Assembly (NCBI GenBank): GCA_965219095.1
Contig: OZ244719.1
Location: 320,001-384,000, forward strand
Source: Bdellovibrionales bacterium
Lineage (GTDB): Bacteria > Bdellovibrionota > Bdellovibrionia > Bdellovibrionales > UBA1609
Direction of reading: 5' to 3'
DNA length: 64,000 nucleotides
Each line of letters opens with the position of its first letter. Position 1 is the first letter of the stretch. The notes beneath the pieces are model-generated. The model worked only from the letters and a program-made list of their open reading frames with translations, made no database searches and was not told the DNA's origin. Positions 55,165-64,000 of this stretch are shown one piece after another. Made by a program: the position numbers and the translations under genes.

Positions 55165-57766
55165 TTATTTGATTTTGAGAAAATCTGCTACCTTTTCACC
55201 AGTATTACTCTCTAGCAAAGCCACAGTTTTTGCATATTTTTGAGTTACTTGTTGATCTGTATGGCCAAGACTGGCTTGTACAGCTGATAAGTCTCTTGTC
55301 ACAATGAGGGCTTGAGTTGCCTATGTCTTAAAATATGCGTTGAACGCCTCCTTTTTTGTTAAATAATATCGAAAATCCATAGTTGCAAAGCTATGTCTTA
55401 AAATATGCGTTGAACGCCAAGGGAGCTTTAACGACTTAAAAGCCTTATTGTAACTTTCTTGAACAGCATTATATTTGAGAAGGCCACCCTTTTTATTACA
55501 AAAAACAATACTGGAAGAATGGCTTTTAAATTTCCATTCAGTGAGTTTGTTTATAAGTATTTTAGGGAGCATGATCATTCTTGTAGATTCCTGTGTTTTT
55601 GTTGTTTCTGACATATAAGGGTCTTTAGTTTTATAGTCCCAGACTACATTTCTTACAATTTTAGCTGTTTTTTTCTCAAAATCTATTTCACTCCACATAA
55701 GCCCATAAGCTTCGCCGATTCTAGCACCAGTTAAAATCATAAAATGAGCTAAGTACCAGTACACTGGATTACTGCCTTTTTTTAACTCTTCAAGCCAGTT
55801 TAAAATTTCCTCTTGTTTCATGTAATAGTCAGGACGTCTTGCTTTTAAAGGCTTATAAATGCATTTTTCTCTATGTCTTTTTACAATAGGGACATTATAC
55901 CATTTCCAAAAATTAATTCGACATTCTTTTAACGCATAGCGTCCTGGCTTTTTGATCAAACTCTGTTAAATTTTTAGAGTGTCGAAAAAAGATTTAGTTA
56001 CACAAATTCAAGGGTATGATTTTCTAGCTACTTACAAAGTAGAAAGAAGTGCCAACATCAAGATAAAACTCCAAGCTTTGCAGCATATGCAAGAAGGAAA
56101 ATCGATTCAAGAAACAGCAAGTATAGTTTTCTATCACAGTCACAGTATCAAATCCTGGTTACAGTCTTTTGTAGACTTTGATTACGAGGGGTTGATAGAT
56201 CGAGAAGGCAGAGGGCGCAAGCCTCGTTTACCAGTGACAGAAGAAGAGAACTTCAAAATCAAGTTAGATGAAATTCAAGACAAGAGAGAAGGAGGAAGCA
56301 TAGGAGCAAAGGGAATACAGGAACTTTTAGCAAATGAATTTGACTGTTGCTATTCTCTTTCTGGGGTTTATGCTCTTTTAGACCGTCTTAATATTGTATG
56401 GATCAGTGGTCGTTCTCTTCATCCTAAAACTTCACAAGAAGCTATGGAACAGTTTAAGGAACATTTTCCAGAAGAGGTGGAGAAAATAAAAGAAAAGATT
56501 CAGACTCATAAAATAGAGATTTGGTGGCAGGATGAATGCAGAATAGGCCAGCAAGGTTCTTTAAGCAGGATTTGGGCAAGAAAAGGCACACGACCTAGAG
56601 TTGTGAGACAAAGACAATTTTTATCCACTTATATTTTTGGAGCAGTTTGTCCGGATAAAGATAAAGGCTGTGCTTGGGTTTTACCGGAATGTAATTCAGG
56701 GATGATGCAAATTCACTTAGATGAGATATCTAAAAATATTCAAGAAAACTATCATGGAATTGTTTTAATGGACAGAGCCAGTTGGCATACCACAGAGACT
56801 TTGATAGTTCCTAAGAATTTATCCATGATGCCTTTACCTCCTTATAGTCCAGAATTAAATCCCATGGAACAAGTCTGGCAACAATTACGAAGGATCAAAT
56901 TATCGAATGCATGTTTTAAAAACTATGACCATATACTGAATACTTGTTGTGAGGCCTGGAATACTTTTTGCGATCAGGAGGGCAGGATTAAAAAATTATG
57001 CACTCGATCTTGGGCAAAACAACAAGATGAATCAAGCTTGTAAATTAATTTGAACCTATAAATTAAATTGCGTAACTGATTTTTTTCATTTTACATCTTA
57101 ACCTCACTTTTTTACACTTATTTTAACCCATCAATCGATTCACACAACAATAGATATACATAAAATAAACATATCTTATGAAAACTCAACCTCCCTTCAA
57201 AAAAAACTTTTTTAAAGCCTCCTAATTGAAACTTTTCCTTAAGTCAATTTTAAAATTTTAAATTTGAACATAAAAATGTCGAATTAATTTTTGGAAATGG
57301 TATTAAAATCAGCATCAATGTAATCACGCCACCATTGTAAGATAGAGCGAAGAAGCTTTATTTCTTTAAGCAGAGACTTTCTTCTTGGATTTTTTAATGT
57401 AGGATGTTTTAAAAACCAATCAAGCCATACATCAACAGCATGAGAAGAAAAGTCATTCATTTTAAATTTTGCAAGAGGGCTTTTTATGAAGTAATTAAAC
57501 TGAAATTCATATCCTTGCCTTGTTGATTTTTTGAATTTTGGCAGACGTTCTTTCTTATATTTTTCAAGAGCCTCTAAAAAAGTAAAATCTACATAAGGAT
57601 TTTTAGTTTTGTTTAGTCCTCTTTCAATTTCTGCTTTTTCTTTTTCATGCCAGAAAAAGGCATCTGATTTATTTTCAAAGCTCTTGCTTTTAAATCTCTT
57701 TCCGTTGAGATAAATTTCAGCAACATAGAAAGCTTTATTGTTTCTTTTACGTTTAGTTATCGACAT
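55165..57766 (-). pseudogene. Phage-type tyrosine integrase interrupted by IS630a and disrupted near the C-terminus
   Basis: N part 57303..57766; TGARIGE and HILRHSFAT; out-of-frame tail ATQAL..VQASLGH...TQKYA below 55320. Confidence 0.88.
55898..57302 (+). mobile_element. IS630-family element (type a), full length; transposase 55979..57043 (GTG start)
   Basis: Near-identical to 48416-49823; tta on both flanks. Confidence 0.95.
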
Positions 57767-58032
57767 GGTTTCTCCTTTCGGTTAATCCAAGCTTCAATGC
57801 TCTTTCGTCTAAAATAAGTTTTGCCTCTAATACGGCAAAAGGGCACTTCTCTTAAAGAAACCCAGTTTCTTATTGTACGAGGAGCAACACCAAACGCACA
57901 CGCTAAGTCTTCCACAGTTATTAAATTGTCAAAGAACAGACTCTCATTTTTTTGAGAGCTAATAGTACTTTTTAGAGTACTCTTTTGAGAATTTTTTTTC
58001 AATGTTTTTTTCATTTTTTTAACTCCTTTCAA
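57757..58032 (-). CDS. Excisionase-like helix-turn-helix protein
   Basis: LITVEDLA..FGV..RTIRNWV....VP..RI.G...F....IE.W; overlaps the integrase start. Confidence 0.85.
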   Translation of the reverse strand: MKGVKKMKKTLKKNSQKSTLKSTISSQKNESLFFDNLITVEDLACAFGVAPRTIRNWVSLREVPFCRIRGKTYFRRKSIEAWINRKEKPCR

Positions 58033-58967
58033 AAAAAGCTAGGGAACTTTTTAAAGCCCCCTAGCAGTCGATTTTTTAGCCTTTTAAAAAGGCCCTTTTT
58101 CTGTCTCGCTTTTCTGCTCTTTTTTTGACACTCTTCCTACAACTAAAAGCTCTCCTGAAACAGGCAAGCTTGAGAGCTTGAAAGAGAAGCCGTCTTTTGT
58201 TTTTAGAGGGAAAGCCCCCCTTTAAGAACTCTGAGGTTTCCTTACCGAATATGGTGAATTTACACACTCAAAAAAGCATTGTAAATTTTACTTTTTTCGT
58301 TTTGCATTATGCTACTCCTTTCATAATTGATTTGTTGTTTATTTTTTGACCCTTTTTTACTCCTTTCTTGGCCATTAAAAAAACTAAAGCTAAACTCAAA
58401 AAAAACAAGAATCCTTTAATCTGATAGAGAGAAGGAAGGGGGGGCATGCAAGACATGTTTTCAGCACTATAATGAAATTCCAGAATTTTCTTAAAGCTAC
58501 TCATAAAGCTCACTCCTTTAAGTTAAAAATTTGAAACAAATCTTGTGAAGTTTTAAGATTATCAATGAGTACGGCTTGAACAACCTAACTGTCTTTCTTT
58601 TACTTGCAGGATTTTGTATCCAAAATAAAACAATATCTTTAAAAAGCTCGTTACATTCTTTTTACCTCCGATCTGTTTTTACAGAGTAGTTAAAAACGCT
58701 GAAGTTGGACCCATTCTTAAAAAGAAGTTCTCTGCTCTCCTTTTTGAAAGGTAAAAATTACATCACTATAAAAAATTTATACAGTTTTTATAGTTTTAAA
58801 AAAAATAGTTTGTGTTTTAACTTCTTTATGATAGACTCACTTTAATGATTATGAAAACAAGGCCAGACTGGAAGTCTAAAGTTAAGGGAGTAGGTGACAA
58901 TTTTTGTCACCTTTTGAATTTTTTTTACAGTCTTAGAGGCTCAGCTTTAAATAATAAGGAGTTAAGC

Positions 58968-58984
58968 TTGGAATAGTTTTTGCT
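58968..58984 (+). promoter_or_regulatory. sigma54 -24/-12 promoter candidate upstream of the ankyrin gene
   Basis: tTGGAATagttTTTGCt with GG-N10-GC spacing; palindrome aggtgacaa-N3-ttgtcacct at 58892-58912. Confidence 0.6.
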
Positions 58985-59105
58985 ATATATAATTTTAGAA
59001 AGGTTAAAGCTCCTTACCTAGATATAAGAAAATAGGACTTAAAAACAAAAAAATGAAAGATAGCTATTTGAAATAAATATCTTTCACAAATAGAAGGAGG
59101 ATGTT

Positions 59106-60212
59106 ATGAAACCAAATAACAATAATATAAGGAAGGCTTTAATAGCTTTATTTGCTATGGGAGCTTTAATAAACTTAAGCTTTCCTGCTTTTTCTGAAGA
59201 TCTGGATCCTGAATATGTGGATTGCTCTAAATACTTTAAAAAAGAGTTAAGAGAAGTTATTTCCGAAGGAAGAATTAATCTTTTTAGAAAAATATTAGAA
59301 CAGTGTCAAGCTGAAATACCTGTGAATTATAGGATTGGTTATACAAATCAAACTATGTTGGAATATGCCCTTGAATTTGAGCAAGAAAAAATGGCAGTAC
59401 TTCTTTTGTCATACAAAGCCAATGCGAATAATAAATCACTACAAAATGCACTTACGAAAGCAATAGAAAGTGGGGATTTAAGTTTTGCAAGATTTCTTAA
59501 TAAGAATGGTGCTGATTTAGAAAGTGTACTTATAGATGCAGTAAAGAAAGGAGATTTAAATCTTGTAAAGTCTCTTCTCGAATTTCCAGTAAGAAATGTA
59601 AATGCTAAAGATAATATCGGAATGACAGCATTTATGTATGCAGCACGTTACGGAGAACTCGATATTCTAGAGCTTCTTTCTAAAGTTAAGGGTTTAGATG
59701 TAAATGCTAAAGATAATAGCGGAAAGACAGCATTTATGTATGCAACACTTTACGGAGAACTCGATATTGTAGAGCTTCTTTCTAAAGTTAAAGGTTTAGA
59801 TGTAAATGCTAGAAATAAATACGGAATGACAGCATTTATGTATGCAGCACGTTACGAAGAACTCGATATTCTAGAGCTTCTTTCTAAAGTTAAAGGTTTA
59901 GATGTAAATGCTAAAGATGATGACGGAATGACAGCATTTATGTATGCAGCACGTTACGGAGAACTCGATAGTGTAGAGCTTCTTTCTAAAGTTAAAGGTT
60001 TAGATGTAAATGCTAAAGATAATGACGGAATGACAGCATTTATGTATGCAGCACGTTACGGAAATCTCGATAGTGTAAGATTTCTTTCTAAAGTTAAAGG
60101 TTTAGATGTAAATGCTAAAGATGATGACGGAATGACAGCATTTATGTATGCAGAAGAGGGAGGACATTTAGATGTGGTAGACTTTCTCAAAGGACTGTTA
60201 TTGAAAAAGTAA
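59106..60212 (+). CDS. Secreted ankyrin-repeat protein
   Basis: RBS aaggagg, signal peptide ending PAFS, repeats VNAKD..GMTAFMYAA..G.LD..ELL. Confidence 0.93.
   Translation: MKPNNNNIRKALIALFAMGALINLSFPAFSEDLDPEYVDCSKYFKKELREVISEGRINLFRKILEQCQAEIPVNYRIGYTNQTMLEYALEFEQEKMAVLLLSYKANANNKSLQNALTKAIESGDLSFARFLNKNGADLESVLIDAVKKGDLNLVKSLLEFPVRNVNAKDNIGMTAFMYAARYGELDILELLSKVKGLDVNAKDNSGKTAFMYATLYGELDIVELLSKVKGLDVNARNKYGMTAFMYAARYEELDILELLSKVKGLDVNAKDDDGMTAFMYAARYGELDSVELLSKVKGLDVNAKDNDGMTAFMYAARYGNLDSVRFLSKVKGLDVNAKDDDGMTAFMYAEEGGHLDVVDFLKGLLLKK
59596..60152 (+). repeat. Coding tandem repeat, 102-bp unit, about 5.5 copies
   Basis: atgtaaatgcta...gacagcatttatgtatgca recurring every 102 bp. Confidence 0.95.
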
Positions 60213-60469
60213 AGTCAGAAAACTGTATTATGAGCCTGTAAATTAAATTGTATAACTGATTTTCTCATTTTAAATATCACTTCCTTGACAAACAGCCATG
60301 TATCCTTTTGAAGGTTGTTTTTTTATAAACCTAGTACAGCATAACATAGTTATGTGGGTCGGTTGTTATTCATCCCTACCAATCTTTCCAGCAAGACTTT
60401 TTCAAGACGAAAAAAGTCTTTTTTTTCAGTAAATTAGTCGAATGTGAAACAAATAGGAAACCTTTAGAA

Positions 60470-60591
60470 TTATACCGGTCACTTTGGAAAATTGAAGAAC
60501 TGTTTCGTATTAACAAGCATACCTTGAAGATGCGTCCTATCTATCACAGACTCTCTGAAAGAATTAAATCTCATCTTTTTATTTGTTTTTT
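60470..60591 (+). pseudogene. IS1634-family transposase fragment
   Basis: FRINKHTLKMRPIYHRLSERIKSHLFICFL. Confidence 0.75.
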
Positions 60592-63500
60592 GTAACTCGG
60601 TTATCTGACCGCCCTATCCAAGATTAAATTTTTCTTAAGAGGGAGGATTTTATGGAAGAAGGGATTAATTTAAAAAAGAAGATACAGCTTTGTCGAGAGG
60701 AGAGTTCCAACAAGAAGCTTATCCGCTACCCAGAAGCTCTTAAGAGAGAGATTCTAGATTTTTTGAAAGAGGAAAAGGTTTCTAAATTTTGTAAAGAGAC
60801 AAAGGTCACCTCTTCCACGATCAATAACTGGAAGAAGTCTTATGTTTCAACAGTATCCCCTAAGAAGTCTCTTTTTAAGGCCGTCTCTTTGAAAAAGGAA
60901 AAGTCATGTGATGAAAGAGAAGGTCTTAGTCTTAAAGGGTCTAGGTTGGGAAGAGGTTTTAGAGTTAGTGAGGAGTTTATGATCTTTTTATCTGAAGGCT
61001 ACCGTATTTTTGTCTGCTCTCAAAAGATAGACATGCGATGGAGTTTTGAGAGGTTGAGTTATCTGGTGAGAAGTGAGATGGAAGGAGAGATCAACTTGGG
61101 AGATCTTTATCTTTTTCTAGGTTTTAACAGAAAGAGATTAAAAGGGCTGTTCTATGATGGGAGTGGTCTTGTTTTACTAACAAAGAGGATGGAGAAAGAA
61201 AGGTTTATGAGTTTAAGTGATTTAAGTTCTCCCGAGTTAACAAGGAGTGAATTGAATCTTTTAGTTCATGGTTCAATTTTAAGAAAGTACGAGCTTAAGA
61301 AAAGATAATTTTTTTAGATTATTTTTTTAAATTTTTTTTATTTTTTTTAAAAAAAAGCTTTCAAAACAAAAACAGACATGTTGACATTAATGTATGCAGA
61401 TGAGTCTTTTTCCTTATTTAAAAAAAAGCGAAAACCCTAAATATAAATATCTTCCTTCGTTTATTCGAGAGGAAAAAGATCTGGAAAACATAAAGTTGAT
61501 TTCTAATGAACTCATTCACCTTTATAAAAAAGAATTTAAACTTTTAAAAAGAGAGTTAAATGAGCTTAAGAAGAAAAAGGCCAAAGAAGATCAATTAAAG
61601 CTTTTTAATGATGAGCTACTTAGTAAGTTCAAGAAAATAGTATTTGGAAAATCCAGTGAAAAAAGAAAACTATCTTCTCGTAGTAGAAAGAAGCTTAAAA
61701 AGACAATTCTTCTTGAATCTGAGAGTTTAGTTCCTGCTCCTAAAGAAGGGGAGGTGAAGGCCTTAAAAGAGATAAGAGTAGATCATAAGCTCACAGACGA
61801 AGAACTTTCTGATATAGCACAGCAGTATGGTTATCCTAAGGACAGTGAGTGGGAGGAATTAAAGATTCAAGACGTGTCAGGAGAGGTTGATGTTTATGTA
61901 AGAAGCTATGTTAGAAAGAAGTATCATCTTTACAAGTACCGTCTGAAGGCAAGCAAAGTGGGAGAAAAAGAGATCATAGTATCAGCTCCTGTTCCTAAGA
62001 AAATTGTTCCAGGATCTAAGTATTCCCCAAAATTTGCGGTAGAAGTAGCGAGTCAAAAGTACTTGTATCACCTTCCTTTAGAGAGAGTAAGAAGAATGAT
62101 GGAATCAGATGGTTTGAAGGTGAATTGTAGAACTCTTTATAATCTTTGTTATTTTATGAGTTGTTATTTAGAGCCTGTGAGAGAAAAGATCAAAGAGGAA
62201 CTTCTTAAACTAGACAGAACGATTCATATTGATGAAACTCCATGGCCTATTAATAATTCACATCAAAAGGACGGCTACATGTTTGTTATAAGTCATCAGG
62301 GAGGAAGTTTTTATTACTTTAGTGAGAGCCGTTCAGCCTGTTCTATTAAAAAACTCTTAGGCTCTTATAAGGGGCCTATTTTAACAGATGGATACGTTAG
62401 TTATAAAACACATTTTAAGGGTGAAAAGGGTGATCTTCCCCCAAAAAAGTGGACAGTTTTTATGTTCTTAAAGCCCTCCTTTGTTTAAATTCTTTTGGGC
62501 TCATGTATTTCAAGGAAGAATGCATTCTTACCTTGTTATACCAATCCATGTAAATTGCAATTTTTTTCTCCAACTCTTCTTTCGTTGTACAGTCTTTGTA
62601 TTCCAGTTCATCTTTCAACGTATGGAAAAAGCTCTCCACAAACGCATTATCATAACAATTTCCTTTCCTAGACATAGATTGCTTGAGGCCAAAGAATTTC
62701 AATTCTTTTCTAAACCCTTCACAACAATATTGAACCCCTTGATCCGAGTGGATTATCAAGCCCTCTAAGTTCCCAGAAACAGATTGGACTGCGGCTCTCA
62801 GAGCCTGTTTTGAATGAACCCCGTCCAAGCTCTCACAGAGCTTCCAAGACTTAATCTCTCGATTATAGACATCTAAAAATACAACCAAATACAGAAATTT
62901 ATCTCTAAAAGGAATATAGGTTAAATCCGAACACCATACCTGGTTTTCTTTTCCTGCTTGGCTCTGTCCTGTCTTAAACAACCGAGGAGACTTAATCATG
63001 AGAGGGTTATTCTTTGTTGTTCTAGGAACATAGGGTTTTTTCTGACGGGCACTGAGATTCTTTAGTTTCATAATTCGAGCTACTTTGTTTTCTCCAGCAC
63101 TCACTCCGCAACGCTTTAATTCCCTATACACCCTGGGGGAACCATAACAGCCTTTATTTTTTTTAAAAATAGATTCTATGTTTTTCTCCAGATTTTTATC
63201 CTTTTCAAGCTTTCCCCTGGTTTTTAAAAAACTATAAAAACCAGAACGAGATCCTCTTAATAATTCGCAAATGCGAAGCACTGGATGCCCTTTCTCTTTT
63301 ACATAAAACATAGCCTTAAATCTCATTTCAGGATTTCCTTTGAAAAAAAAGCCGCTGCCTCTTTCAATATACCTACACTCCGCCTCTCATAGACCAGCTC
63401 CTTTTTTAACCTCTTTATTTCCTCCAATGCCGAAGCCAAGTCATGGGAAGCTTGTCTTTCTACTTCAGGCTTTAGAAAACGCTTCCAAGAGCTTATCACT

Positions 63501-64000
63501 TGGAAATTTCTCAGTCCTAGCTTCTCTGAGGCTTCCTTTGCACCTATTTCCTCTGCCAATTCAATGGCTTGCTTTTTAAACTCTTCCGAGTACTGTTTTA
63601 CTTTTTCCATTCTTTCTTTTACCTCCATTTTATGGAGACTTTAAGAGAAAATTGACTGTCCGCAGAAACAGGGGAAGTTCAGGGAATTGATCTTGCTTTT
63701 TGCTGGTCTCAGTGATAAGAAAGTTTATTGACATAGAACAGAATTACCCTGAGGAGTGTGGAAAAGTATTAAAGCTTATGGGGAAGATTTTTAAAGTTGA
63801 ATCAAAGGCAAAAACTTATGAAGAGCTCAAAAATTTAAGACAAACAGAATCAAAGGATTTAGTTCTTTCTCTGCAAGATCTGTATTATAAACTTTATGGA
63901 GAAGCTCGTCCTGAGAGTGGCTTAAAAAAGGCTATTGATTATAGCTTTAATCACTGGGATGGCTTAAATTTATTTTTAGAAAATGAGAAAATTCCTATGA
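60592..64000 (+). mobile_element. IS66-family element: fused tnpA-tnpB ORF 60652..61308; tnpC from 61394, interrupted by IS3 and continuing past the window end
   Basis: GTAACTCGG left end; KY.YHLPLER, IDETP, TDGY; tnpC resumes at 63682 with a small defect. Confidence 0.93.
62431..63681 (-). mobile_element. IS3-family element, full length (orfA 63323..63628, orfB 62460..63326)
   Basis: Both IRs; 3-bp GGG target duplication in tnpC. Confidence 0.97.

Larger units (their letters stand above)
54961..60432. mobile_element. Putative small integrative element bounded by about 57-bp direct repeats (54961-55018 and 60376-60432)
   Basis: ctaccaatctttccagcaagact...aaaaaagtctttttttcagtaa on both sides of integrase, Xis-like and ankyrin genes. 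Confidence 0.5.

Noticed and set aside
58076..58513. Two small ORFs upstream of the Xis-like gene
   Set aside because: No recognisable motifs; may be decayed element genes but cannot be supported
58858..58873. 15/16 match to the tRNA-Leu 3' region (caaggccagact.gaa) as a possible att site
   Set aside because: Short, lacks the acceptor end and lies on the wrong side of the tRNA for the island; probably chance
59596..60152. Possible CRISPR array or DGR template/variable repeats
   Set aside because: In-frame ankyrin repeats; differences are not adenine-specific and there is no reverse transcriptase

Overview
AT-rich bacterial chromosome segment. The housekeeping genes look Bdellovibrionota/deltaproteobacterial-like (inference from gene content): nfeD-SPFH, menF-menD/DAHP synthase/menG, panD, hpt-TPR-bamD, astC-like/astD/mltG, acyl-CoA dehydrogenases, a Xer recombinase, tRNA-His and tRNA-Leu. 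About half of the window is insertion sequences and their debris (IS3, three IS630 types, two IS66 types, several IS1634 types, IS481, ISL3, IS5, IS110), many nested and near-identical, as in a recent IS burst. No CRISPR array or rRNA was seen. The best leads are: (1) an IS110 left-end structured non-coding region (bridge-RNA candidate), present once before a truncated DEDD gene and once with no transposase; (2) an IS481-ended hairpin MITE; (3) a direct-repeat-bounded integrase/Xis cassette carrying a secreted ankyrin protein with a sigma54-type promoter; (4) a secreted peptide with tandem CAMARC repeats; (5) a tandemly duplicated secreted protein whose copies differ mostly at non-synonymous sites; (6) a 212-bp target duplication around an IS1634-family element. 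All coordinates and counts were read by eye and no database search was run.
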